Assembly (NCBI RefSeq): GCF_000375545.1
Contig: NZ_AQXF01000001.1
Location: 989,241-1,053,240, forward strand
Length of the DNA stretch: 64,000 bases
Source: Kordiimonas gwangyangensis DSM 19435 = JCM 12864
Lineage (GTDB): Bacteria; Pseudomonadota; Alphaproteobacteria; Sphingomonadales; Kordiimonadaceae
Direction: 5' to 3'
Part shown: positions 34,501 through 39,803 of the stretch, piece after piece
Numbering within the stretch: the first letter of the stretch is position 1
Layout: every line of letters starts with the position of its first letter
The notes under the pieces: generated by a model
The model's input: the letters and a program-made list of their open reading frames with translations, nothing else
Told to the model about the DNA's origin: nothing
The model's database searches: none
Made by a program: the position numbers and the translations under genes

Positions 34501-37500
34501 CTGCTACCGCCCGCATAAGCGGCGGTGAGCGCTTCAATCTCGATCGGATCGCCAAGGGCCGTACCGGTGCCGTGGCATTCTATTAAACCAATATCGGTGG
34601 CCTCGAGGCCGGAGCGCGTAAGTGTCTTTTCAATCAGGGCCTGCTGGGCACGTGGGTTGGGCGCCGTGAAGCCCGCAGCGTTGCCGCCATGGTTGACCGC
34701 ACTCGCTTTCACCACCCCGTAAATATGATCGCCATCGCTCAGCGCTTGGGAAAGCGGCTTGAGAAGGACCGCGCCCACACCTTCGCCCGGCACATAGCCA
34801 TCACCACCATCGCCAAAGCTTCTGCATTTCCCTTCCGCGCTCAGGAACATGCCTTCAGAGAGATAGTCGTATTTTGCGGGATGGAGGGAGAGGTTTACGC
34901 CGCCCACAAGCGCGGCTTCGCAGTCGCCCGCGCGGATTGCCTGACAGCCCATATGAAGCGCGGTGAGCGACGAAGAACACGCGGTATCGAGCATGAGACT
35001 CGGTCCCGTAAAGTCGAAGAAATAGCTGATGCGGTTGGCAATCGCCCAGTTGATGGCGCCGGGGCCACCATAAGCGCCCTGCAGATAGCCTTGCTCAGCT
35101 GCATACAGGCTGTATTCGCCCCACATGCTTCCCCAGAAGACACCGACAGACGCGCCGCGCATCGCCTCCGCGTGGCCATAGCCCGCGTGCTCCAACGTGC
35201 TCCATGCACATTCAAGGGACAGGCGCTGCTGTGGGTCCATCAGATTGGCGTCTTTGGGAGCAATCTTGAACAGCATGGCGTCAAACATGTCGACGCCTTC
35301 AATATAACCGCCCCAGCGGTCCCGGTTGCGGGGGCCGCTAGGCCCATCGCCCAGTGCCCGGCTCCAGACAGGGGCACCGCCTTTGACCACACAGTCCCGC
35401 CTACCAGCCAGATTGTCCCAATATGCCCAGATGTCAGGTGCTTTCGGGAACCGTCCGCTCATGCCGACAATGGCGATATCGCCGTCATTTGTGATCGACG
35501 CAGTGCGTGGCGTGGGCGCGGCGGATGATCTCAGGCTCGGCACTGGTGGCGTTGCTGCTGGCTTGACCGCATAGTCCGCCTTGGGCGGAAGGCCCGCGAG
35601 ATGCTCAGCCAATGCGGCGATGGTTGTGTAATTATAGAGTACCGTTTGCGACACGCCGACAAACTGTTTGTCTAGCCGGTCAGTGAATTCCTGCAGCTCA
35701 AGTGAATCGATACCCATCTCCAGAAAGTTCTGTGTGGTGTCGATGTCGAGGGCATTCAGTTCAGTGATGGCGGCGATGTCAGCAATCAGCTGCGCTTCAA
35801 TGCTGTCGTGACTAATGGCTCGTGTCCCGGCGGCAGGCTCGTCGGTCACGGGCGCTTCGGGAACCGTTTCTGCTGCGGGCACCGCGCCGAAATCCGACAG
35901 ATGGAAATCCACTTTTGACACCGGAAACAGGTGTTTCTCGAACGGATAGCGTGGCAGCGAACAGACCTTGTAACTGCCTTTCGGAAACAGGGCTGACCAA
36001 TTGGCCTCTGCACCGCGCTGCCACACCGCTGTCAAGGCTTCAAGTGCATGGTCAAGCGCAGGGCTTTCCACCGGCACGACATCAATGGTCGGACGCTCAA
36101 GGCTGGCCCAGGATGCGAGGTCGCTCTTGCCTTGTGTCTCTCTGGAAAATTGCGCTGCCAAGGGAGGCAAATCGTTGATCGCGATATCGGTCATGCCTAG
36201 AACTGGTAAAGTACCGTCCAGCAAAAGAGCCACCGCCGCCGCATGGTCCAGCAACCCAAGTTGCAAAAGCGAGACCACTTCGCGGTGCGCTGTGAGGTCG
36301 AGCTCAGCTGTAGCATTCAGCGACCATTTGAGTGCAAGTTTCGTCACGCAGTCGAGTACGATCAGTGGCAGCAGCGTACCGCGGGCATCGCCATCGGTCA
36401 AAAGCTGGCGGGGTGTTGGTAGCCCGTGATGCGCCAACGCCCCAGCCCATTCATCAAGGAACCGTCCGAAGGTCACCTGATGGCCAAGCAAAACCTTGCC
36501 GCGCTTCACGAGCGGGGCGAACTGGTCTGGCACTTCAGCATCCAGGCGGGCTTTCAGTTCCGAGAAGTAGGCGGCGTTCAGTGCGACTGCGGGATAGTAG
36601 CTCCCGTCAACTGGCGACAGAATTTGGCGGCTGGAACCAAGGACATCAACGTTGGCAGCCGCATGCGACCAGGCTGTCACAGTGGCCCCCTTGACCGCGA
36701 AGGCATCCAGTAACTCAGACCAAAGTTCGATGACCGGTTTCCGAGGCTCTGCCTTCTGCTTCAGGACCTTCTGCCACGCTTTGAACTCAGCCTCAGGGAG
36801 GGGTTCGTTCCGGAGCGAGAAGCCAAGGCACGCTTGGCCTGTTTTAGCGAGATCGGCGGACTTCAGCGCTTCCCGCAGGTCGTTGTGCGTTTTCACCCAT
36901 GTGACGTAGCGGTGGGACAATGCTTCGCGACCAACAGCCAGGGTGCCGCAAATATCCTTGAGAGGCAGCGCTTCAAAATCGGCAGTATTGGTAAACGCCT
37001 GCCAGTCGGACAGCAGGTTGGCCAGCGCGGATGGACTGGCGGCCGACAGGAGGAAAGGCAATGCTTCGCCTGATGCCCTTGGCCCTTTGATCCGGGTCGG
37101 CAGCCGGGTTGCCGACTGCAAAATGGCATGACTGTTTGCCCCGCCCATGCCAAACGAACTGACGCCAGCGCGCAGCGGCTCACCTTTGGCAAGCGGCCAC
37201 CAATGGGTTGCGTCCCGTGCAAGGTGAAGATTTGCGCCATCCAGGTCCAGAAGCGGGTTGGGTTCGGATAGCTGAACCGTGGGTACGATACGCCGGCGCT
37301 GCATCATCTTCGCTACCTTGACGACGCCGGCAAGGCCAGCCGCCGCTTCAAGGTGACCGATGTTGCTTTTGAGCGAGCCAAGGTAGCGTGGCGTTTTGGA
37401 TGCTTTGGCGTACCGCGGCTTGGTGCGGGTATAGACCTCAGCAAGGCCTGCAACCTCAATCGGATCACCGAGTGAGGTGCCGGTGCCGTGCGCCTCCCAG

Positions 37501-38444
37501 TACCCCAATTCGTGCGCGCCCAAACCGGCCTCGCCAAGGGCTTGCGAAATCACATCGGCTTGCGCCTGTTTGGAGGGGCGGGTGATGCCGCCTGTCTCGC
37601 CGCAGTGGTTCACCGCCGAACCCTGCACAAGGGCATAAATCCTGCGTCTTTCTCGCCGCGCAAGGTCGTTGCGCTCAAGCAGCACGGTGACAATGCCGTC
37701 GCCCGGCACATAACCGTCGGCCGAAACATCAAACGTGTGGCACCGCCCGGTCGCGCTCAACATGCCCGCGCGCGAGAAACTGAGGTATTTCCAGGGGTCT
37801 AGATTGAGGCTGACGCCCGCGACAAGCGCGAAGTCACAGATGCCGTCCTCTATGGCGCGGCGGGCTTGGTCAAGGGCAATGAGCGATGAAGCACAGGCGG
37901 CGTCTACCGTGACACTTGGGCCGTTGAGCTTGAGTTCATGTGATACCCTGTTCGCCAGAATGCCGCCGTAGGTGCCAAGGCATGCGGTTGCGTCGACGGT
38001 CATGCGCGGGTCGGAAAGCACCTGCTGATAATCGGTCGCCATGACGCCTACATAGACACCGGTGCGCGCCGCGGCGAGTTCCGAGGCGGAGACGCCTGCA
38101 TCTTCAAGGCAGTGCCAGGCTTCCTCAAGTAGCAAGCGCTGCTGGGGGTCCATGGTGCGGGCATTTTTGGCGGAAATGCCGAAAAAGCCGTGATCAAAGG
38201 CGTTGATGTCGTCCACCACGCCAAGCCATCGGCTGACCGACTTGTTCGCGACTTTACGATTTTCGCTGTAGAATTGCTGCCAGTCCCAGCGGTCTGCCGG
38301 GATTTCGGAGATGCCGTCGTAGCCTGCCTCGAGCCGTTCGATCAAGGTGTCAGCCGTCGGCGCTCCCGGGAACCTGCCGGACAGCCCGATTAGCGCCGCC
38401 TTATTCGTGGCGCCGCGCTTCTCACTGGAAGTGCTGGAAGCCAT
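19578..38444 (-). CDS. Trans-AT PKS megasynthase A (ORF open to 38606, 6342 aa; probable ATG at 38444 = MASSTSSEKRG). Domain order (aa of the 6342-aa ORF): KS(71-498)-long linker with possible AT remnant(500-935)-ACP(968) | KS(1041-1462)-DH(1590-1860)-KR(2025-2210)-ACP(2319) | KS(2405-2815)-ACP-like lacking Ser(2870-2945)-ECH(3095-3300)-ACP(3426)-ACP(3558) | KS(3633-4055)-DH-like(4190-4470)-KR(4590-4790)-ACP(4871) | KS(4950-5375)-KR(5615-5830)-cMT(5900-6180)-ACP(6249)
   Basis: Five KS with DxACxSS, HGTGT and NIGH; DH LRDHEIGGAPV; KR GGLGKLG, GGLGNIG and GGSGGIAG; ACP GIDSL, GVDSV, GLDSIG (x2), GFDSI and GIDSI; crotonase motif AMEGHAYGGGLLFG; SAM motif LIEIGAGTGG (checked in DNA at 20577); C-terminal docking-like tail. 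Confidence 0.95.
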   Translation of the reverse strand: MASSTSSEKRGATNKAALIGLSGRFPGAPTADTLIERLEAGYDGISEIPADRWDWQQFYSENRKVANKSVSRWLGVVDDINAFDHGFFGISAKNARTMDPQQRLLLEEAWHCLEDAGVSASELAAARTGVYVGVMATDYQQVLSDPRMTVDATACLGTYGGILANRVSHELKLNGPSVTVDAACASSLIALDQARRAIEDGICDFALVAGVSLNLDPWKYLSFSRAGMLSATGRCHTFDVSADGYVPGDGIVTVLLERNDLARRERRRIYALVQGSAVNHCGETGGITRPSKQAQADVISQALGEAGLGAHELGYWEAHGTGTSLGDPIEVAGLAEVYTRTKPRYAKASKTPRYLGSLKSNIGHLEAAAGLAGVVKVAKMMQRRRIVPTVQLSEPNPLLDLDGANLHLARDATHWWPLAKGEPLRAGVSSFGMGGANSHAILQSATRLPTRIKGPRASGEALPFLLSAASPSALANLLSDWQAFTNTADFEALPLKDICGTLAVGREALSHRYVTWVKTHNDLREALKSADLAKTGQACLGFSLRNEPLPEAEFKAWQKVLKQKAEPRKPVIELWSELLDAFAVKGATVTAWSHAAANVDVLGSSRQILSPVDGSYYPAVALNAAYFSELKARLDAEVPDQFAPLVKRGKVLLGHQVTFGRFLDEWAGALAHHGLPTPRQLLTDGDARGTLLPLIVLDCVTKLALKWSLNATAELDLTAHREVVSLLQLGLLDHAAAVALLLDGTLPVLGMTDIAINDLPPLAAQFSRETQGKSDLASWASLERPTIDVVPVESPALDHALEALTAVWQRGAEANWSALFPKGSYKVCSLPRYPFEKHLFPVSKVDFHLSDFGAVPAAETVPEAPVTDEPAAGTRAISHDSIEAQLIADIAAITELNALDIDTTQNFLEMGIDSLELQEFTDRLDKQFVGVSQTVLYNYTTIAALAEHLAGLPPKADYAVKPAATPPVPSLRSSAAPTPRTASITNDGDIAIVGMSGRFPKAPDIWAYWDNLAGRRDCVVKGGAPVWSRALGDGPSGPRNRDRWGGYIEGVDMFDAMLFKIAPKDANLMDPQQRLSLECAWSTLEHAGYGHAEAMRGASVGVFWGSMWGEYSLYAAEQGYLQGAYGGPGAINWAIANRISYFFDFTGPSLMLDTACSSSLTALHMGCQAIRAGDCEAALVGGVNLSLHPAKYDYLSEGMFLSAEGKCRSFGDGGDGYVPGEGVGAVLLKPLSQALSDGDHIYGVVKASAVNHGGNAAGFTAPNPRAQQALIEKTLTRSGLEATDIGLIECHGTGTALGDPIEIEALTAAYAGGSSIPIGSVKSNIGHLEAAAGIAGLIKLLLAFEQDWRPASLHHDPVNRRLDFSKTPFRLLSDGEPWAREAGTVRHAAISSFGAGGSNAHVILSGPEAAQPATIAAKVPSQAVLSARSEKSLRALAQQLADVLGKRNDWQFADVAHSLARRATAAFTAAIPAGSPSAVLAHLRAIASGSPQPTAQHTDVPVEAEPRLLSLPPTPFERQAYWIPTVTTQHQKQASPFPLLRQADANTVAIHLDANQPCLRDHEIGGAPVLAAAMGIELAIRAQRIINPAASANAHLSKLSWAKPVIAKDAAEIELTSAGPDFKLQDAGGPSMRGCWSEESAPWPNLNVNLSSASLDIEAEYRALAAARMKYGPSYRTISEVKFDGRFMEARIRETEASSWTHGSTLSPVLVDGALQALLMALRSNNTVIAAVPVSIERVQWRASLPNEILVRAHIEPAAMKEVFKADILLCDPSGPAIAMLGGVMLRSIDPRTMVPEKATSEARQPIAYHNLVWADLPDEAVTDTTTVRAAEVPHWFQKLSSAFPVWQGAQPNGVTETLILPLPDPAGSSAPEYLWQAVSAVQKHIADGAKRILLVAPHGLLSEAVGGMVRAILKERPTLEMRLLLTLGTPDAGAIAAQARKRWTGEPEVLLAGLSGQQRIEAPVHVPDAQQFAARGAWLITGGLGKLGLLFCEHLASLGAREFLLLGRRITDLPADTMHRIQTLEEKGIAVTLKSVDVADEPAMAELLTEFGKPLNGIVHCAGVTRDKLLLGKTEQDCMDVARGKVVGAAVLDRLTSDMPLDAFILFSSIVSVRGNLGQSDYAYANRALDLLAEERQHLVSAGRRSGISLSLNWPLWAEGGMSVAEDRLDWLVKNLRSEVLSTEAGIRAFDEALCAQAAQVLVTVPLADDIQETVDAAASESINVDVLKPQLRDHLIDILADETNFDRGLLDSATSFDNYGVDSVISVAIVNRLEKDCGKLSKVLLFEHPTIDALCDYLCAEHSGAVSKMVAPQAGTAPAMAERTPPAPSRQSPTLHEAAPEVSAAPSSLPILDDIAIIGLAGRYPDAEDIETFWSNLKAGRDATGPVPADRWHTGSQVLGHNGEGAFGAFLSDIDMFDPLVFGISPKDARLMDPQTRLFLEASLHALEDAGYAGRVKAQNVGVYAAAMWSQYQMAGTGVAEGAVPNSSFAEIANRVSHCFGLFGPSLTVDTMCSSSVTALHLASDALRTGQCDMALAGGVNLSLRPEKYRQLIEGSFLSADGKCRSFGDGGSGYVPGEGVGVVVLKRLRDARQDRDRILAIIKGSALNHGGGDGGFTVPSPGAQARVISQALKRAQVHAEDLGYIETHGTGTSLGDPIEVAGLTKAFESARTRAPHKRWPIGSVKSQIGHLEAAAGMAALTKVILQFAHKTLAPSLHGDTLNQNIDWAAAPFDLVRQARRADDIDTVLISSFGAGGSNSALVVSAAPASSVGRVEAAVGPYLFPLSARTEASLKENATNLARALRGASPESSAINLTELIAEVLDVEADSISDDSLIEDLGLDMVAARRLIELLVAHTGQPVRTHDLFGHHTVGELAAALGVAPEKPTTQPDLAATAFTLQVGRLPLQKRAVITAHSTAELLAALDALAAGATHPALMSPEGFSQKSQMAEDNGLDPSALAAAWVSGARVDWLRLYRAGTPRPVALPGYAFDRKSYWFEANTAQHTGAAPVATAPFVATSTPALAAPDDWKQRARGFTPSVVDLTFDGGIALVRMRSKARNMFDDELTLSLIATFEKIAAHPDARVVVLAGTSEVFSMGGTPEMLKAIAAGTANFTDVPFYFRGLGEFPLPVIAAMEGHAYGGGLLFGLYSDIPILARESLYSAVFADYGFSPGMGATQLLPERFGTTLATEMMYSARALSGAELERRGVSVKIADKASVLGEAMQLARSLAQKPKVTLETMKRGFVEARLATLPQTIAAEVAMHAKTFTQKEVRERLDTLFKDPMVTTSAAVTRQEPKRVSEPVKISAAPAQPAHPTKVTLRPVWGGQNTSAGTTQTLATIREALARILMTETDEIDNETTFLDHGLDSIGATELIRDLNASLAANCEAASLYDYPTPALLAGLYAQEGSSVAPTRIATPAQVAEKVRLRPLDAARAHPALNIKATPDAGEPTLPPAPARSASLPKGDVLADIAATVCRLLQMDREDLDVHEPLMDQGLDSIGGVELVREINGRWQCGLEAADLYDYATIAALSEYVSQNTAAHVAVAAEPATAAAEETPQTAAPAEEQPAQSVSAEKIAIIGMACRYPGADDHIAFWRNIMAGADFVDTVPADRWDADAFYDADPEAENKSVTKTGGFLSDIKRFDADFFKISPLEARAMDPQARITLEECWHALEDAGLAPEKLKGVSCGLFLGAANGDYEDLLANAEESWTAEAFTGLSPAVLAARIAYLLDLVGPAVSIDTACSSSLVAVHQARRAILGGDCDMAIAGGVIITATPKLMVKSSKAGMLSPTGRCRPFSSDADGIALAEGVGLVVLKRLDAALRDGDPIHAIIEASGVNQDGRTNGITAPSAKSQATLIRKVQTEAGISADELDYIEAHGTGTNLGDPIEVKALRECFAERRALAPLYLGSVKANIGHSTVAAGVAGLIKAVKVVQSGQVPPQRYTESLNPRLGLDGSALTISTCGEPLATLQRPYRAAVSSFGFSGTNAHVILRGPDAPQVARTTTTEPLSFPFTAKSKSALKASFAQLAHWLENEGSQHNLADIAYTLYHGRQHHDHVAVVVATDHATLIAALHKGPDGCITTLPTEPVTGRRVHLPGYVFEGDQHWVTAVTRAPAPTAKTQTAILDTVTVQDGIITTVSRFSQSEPIMDDHRGPDGVILAGASYAALVLEAAAQARLGTSITLTDLTWRLPLGARPDGKIPDLVTLIRKIPDHDAYGFSACSAEDDHAFGRIHVTNEDAHGLAAPVDVARLQDGTNRSFGHEKFYEAFAAKGLILKGTFAQVECVYAADDFATAKLGPPMVENYGVCDPGRLDSALQVVSALIDPTLGGTTLYLPVGIKKLRLPNGSRDIQYVVARRAEGTEGALLHTFNLDFHDGNGHCVGFAHGFTLQAIERNQSDTTVLYVPHWEHVPIAESAAPRSRTAFLAEANAATLYHELRTLIIAEADKGGHLVLITDQENAAHALAGFARSFMLEDPRLRLSVLLNEGPAVNEAILGTIAANSCQRHCLFDARGPFLNRHTLIQAPARNPAQPAKGPVLITGGLGNIGLLLAEHLASEGLETILVTRRAPSTAEQQRLDALTPAPRVIIADIMDAQSVRGAFADIPTVARVIHCAGVLRDSLLINKSSEDASSVISTKVEGLENVLAALPNEPTGGVTCFSSVAASFGQRGQTDYAFANGWLDGTSGVSSINWPWWQSGGMPMSEDAQESAKRETGIAPLSTEAALHAFQAVAGLERAVVLHGNTQRIGRWLSEEQPASTADKKEGYAPSGAGTEQVMAALGDILIDVLKLKPDGLAPTKRFEDYGFDSITLTRYANRISRRMDIALSPAVFFEADTLAGLSQLVADRFPQATLPDQNPSSAPVANTPPKLPEQAPAVEVIAKPQRNDLDGVAVVGMSGRFPGSPDIASYWNNLLAQADLVGEIPATRWDAEKYYGPIEPGVERTNSKWGGFIEDVDLFDAKFFGISPREAELMDPQQRLFLETAWHAVEDGGTNPRDLAGSNTGIFVGVATSDYWELVMRAGLPIEPHIATGLSHSMLPNRISFLMDLHGPSEPVDTACSSSLVAISRAVAAIQHGDCDAAIAGGVNIMLSPTLYLAFGQAGMLSPTGRCHTFDKAADGYVRGEGVGAVYLKSLSRAVADGDPIHAVIKGIGVNHGGRANSLTAPNPKAQAQLIRDVMERHRISPLSVGFVECHGTGTQLGDPLELIGLSQSVAAEGGREHPVFLSSVKSNIGHLEAAAGVAGMIKAVMAVREGMMPGLVHFHEINPHAQFDATRLQPLAKTQAWPTGQYQTRRAGVSSFAFGGANAHAIVESFDPALRHGYPEPRPRLTPTAFERKRFWAPGLQSVATSPKEQQPAALAPPSYDGHHFRIEWKPVEANTGGPTHDGNILLVRGPNEWDAALSRSLTERLSVTVRQVSLDDCDLDAFGEEHLVLVAPAEGDEGGADAFLQSYATVVEPLRQLLQRRAAANRPLTITVLYQEGNALGAALSGLAQSVAHEMPGWTIRSIELTGDPSPAILASALKPTDGHGEVLRLDGNALLERSVAAFPETAEGAADLSGKVVVVLGGSGGIAGALIDPILERGAGAVVLMGRRSIDQDIAHRLQMIKRTGCRAEYIKVDATDGSALHHAFQRTRLKIGEPGLIINGTMVLKDAAFIDMSAEDFRSVFYAKALVAANLEKILTQGCFHPDAVLHMSSVQSLIGNAGQANYAAACNYLDATAARSHFNTSVINWGYWGEVGAVADEHHRALMQAAGIQSISIEDGIRAIDRCLRERIPQLVVAKGKAQALARLGFASADATGTALEALDQLTVCAVASALKAHAANPPHWGDVAAWRDMLEVQPNQEKLLRALLSHIESAPHDIIAPDWETTRQNHPEFSGHVALLKAAVAGLRDVLSGAKAGADILFPEGSPHLIEAVYRGNVLVEHANTLVGEHARAHRKDGAARLIEIGAGTGGTSRTVLRALKDAGGVDEYRYTDVGQNFVLRAEAELGGEYDFLKTSLFDIRRNSEAQGIDKGEYDIAIAANVLHALPDVTEALRQANGVLRKGGTIALVELTEVLAFNTAVFGLLPDWWSATDTALRMPHSPLLSGNAWRQCLANAGFGDVEISNASGPISVITATKNTDVRAVHVPESRNITHQATTVKTGAGAQGAVRDKVREVFAVVLRMEADQIDLHTSISDMGIDSILAGEAARRLGQVFDIEVRPTELFNYPSIEKLSTRISELAPARTVTAQEDVETEHHTPGLAKDEDPLMDLLIALEAENGDDLVPPTTLRQANE
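20067..20909 (-). other. C-methyltransferase domain (module 5)
   Basis: SAM motif I LIEIGAGTGG, post-I acidic residue, motif II-like DIAIAANVLH; sits between KR and ACP. Confidence 0.75.
27807..28409 (-). other. Tandem ACP pair of module 3 (beta-branch acceptor ACPs)
   Basis: Two consecutive four-helix segments with DHGLDSIGATEL and DQGLDSIGGVEL. Confidence 0.7.
28707..29324 (-). other. Embedded enoyl-CoA hydratase (ECH2-type, PksI/CurF-like decarboxylase) domain inside megasynthase A module 3
   Basis: Crotonase fold motifs VVVLAGTSEVFSMGG and AMEGHAYGGGLLFGLYSDI; followed by tandem ACPs, as in beta-branching modules. Confidence 0.7.
29772..29999 (-). other. ACP-like domain lacking the phosphopantetheine Ser (GLDM), inserted between KS3 and the post-KS linker
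   Basis: LTELIAEVLDVEADSISDDSLIEDLGLDMVAARRLIELL has ACP helix pattern but Met in place of the DSL serine. Confidence 0.5.
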
Positions 38445-38604
38445 CCCCCATTTCGTCCCCGTCGCTAACCCAATGCGGTTTTCGTAGCTGATATGTTTGG
38501 GAAGCGATAATTTACCTAGCCAGATTAGTAGCTTAGATAATGTCAGTTGGCGCGGCAACTTTTTTCCGGTTGCGCACCGTGAAAAACGTCCTGAATACAA
38601 CAAC

Positions 38605-38619
38605 ACATCTATTAGATGT
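38605..38619. promoter_or_regulatory. Perfect 7-bp inverted repeat ACATCTA-T-TAGATGT in the AT-rich leader upstream of the megasynthase operon; candidate operator
   Basis: Palindrome read directly; sits in a 210-bp AT-rich intergenic region between the SnoaL-like gene and the megasynthase start. Confidence 0.3.
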
Positions 38620-38657
38620 ATATTTTATACCATTAAGTGCATTTTAATACAATGGGC

Positions 38658-39023
38658 TTAGACTTCCCAATGTTCTTGGATCATTCCGTCCCTGACACGG
38701 AAAATATCCACAACCTCAATGGGTGATGTATAGCCCGGCGGTGGGTTGTCCATGAATACCTTGCCACGGATGATGACGATGTCCTCATCCACTGTCACAA
38801 TGGATTTGGGTTCGACGCGCAAATCGGGGGACATCTCCAGATACATGGAAAACGCGGCCTTGAAGCCTGCGCGGCCGCCCGGAACACCCTCGGTGTTCTG
38901 CGCATAATCTTCCGAGACCAAACGGTCGGCGGCTTCCAGATTATGCTGGTTGAAAATCTCTTCCCACACATCCAGCACAACCTTGGCGGGGCTATCGGGC
39001 GCTACGTTCAATGGGTCAGCCAT
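38658..39023 (-). CDS. SnoaL-like / NTF2-fold small protein (predicted ester cyclase / polyketide cyclase-like), 121 aa
   Basis: Size, alpha+beta cone pattern with C-terminal ...GMIQEHWEV typical of the SnoaL/ester-cyclase family; position between the beta-branching cassette and the PKS. Confidence 0.5.
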   Translation of the reverse strand: MADPLNVAPDSPAKVVLDVWEEIFNQHNLEAADRLVSEDYAQNTEGVPGGRAGFKAAFSMYLEMSPDLRVEPKSIVTVDEDIVIIRGKVFMDNPPPGYTSPIEVVDIFRVRDGMIQEHWEV

Positions 39024-39026
39024 TCG

Positions 39027-39803
39027 TCAGGGCTCCACTATCTGTTTGAATTTTTCCGAAAGAGTCTGCCGGAAAACCGGATCGTCTGTCAGGTTCGTCA
39101 TGATATCGGTGGCATATTGAGGGTATGAGTCAGGATCTTCCTGCAGTTTCTGAAACAGGTTCCGCACGCCGATGACCGCACCATCTGGCAGGCGTTTCGC
39201 CCTGAGGGCAAGTCGGCGGATAATGCCATCAAATTTGGCGCCAGAAGGGACCACAAAGTCCACGAGGCCTTGCGCATGTGCCAGATCAGCCGCAAGCGGT
39301 TCTGTCAACAGGGCCATGCGCCGGGCAGCGCCGATACCCATGCGGCCCACCACAAAGGGCGCAGCATTTGCGGGCAACAACCCCCACAGGAGTTCCGGCA
39401 GGGCAAAGCGGGCGGTCTCAGTAGCAACGAGGAAATCGCATGCTGCCGCGAGGGCCACGCCGCCACCAAAAGCATCCCCTTCAACAGCCGCCAGCGTCGC
39501 TGAATCATAGGACTGTATAGTGACAAGCAGGTCCTGGAAGCTTTGATGAAGTGTCCGGGTGCTCTCGCTGCTCGGCCAATCCGCTAGTGTTTCAACGGCC
39601 ATGCCGCGGCAGAAAACGGTGTTGCTGCCACGCAGCACAAGAAGCCTGCCAGAGCCGCGCAGTGTCTCAATCTCGGCCTTGAGGCCGTGCATCAGATCCA
39701 CGCTGAGTGCTTCATGCGACAGCATGAGCGTGGTCATCGTCTCGCTATCGTGGCGCGTGAGAGGCGCGCCTGTTTGTTCATGCCCACTCATATTGCCGCT
39801 CAT
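39027..39803 (-). CDS. Free-standing enoyl-CoA hydratase/isomerase family protein (ECH1, PksH-like dehydratase of the HCS cassette)
   Basis: Crotonase motifs VFCRGMAVE...DAFGGGVALAAACDFLVA...ELLWGLLP; 26-nt overlap with the HCS gene. Confidence 0.8.
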   Translation of the reverse strand: MSGNMSGHEQTGAPLTRHDSETMTTLMLSHEALSVDLMHGLKAEIETLRGSGRLLVLRGSNTVFCRGMAVETLADWPSSESTRTLHQSFQDLLVTIQSYDSATLAAVEGDAFGGGVALAAACDFLVATETARFALPELLWGLLPANAAPFVVGRMGIGAARRMALLTEPLAADLAHAQGLVDFVVPSGAKFDGIIRRLALRAKRLPDGAVIGVRNLFQKLQEDPDSYPQYATDIMTNLTDDPVFRQTLSEKFKQIVEP

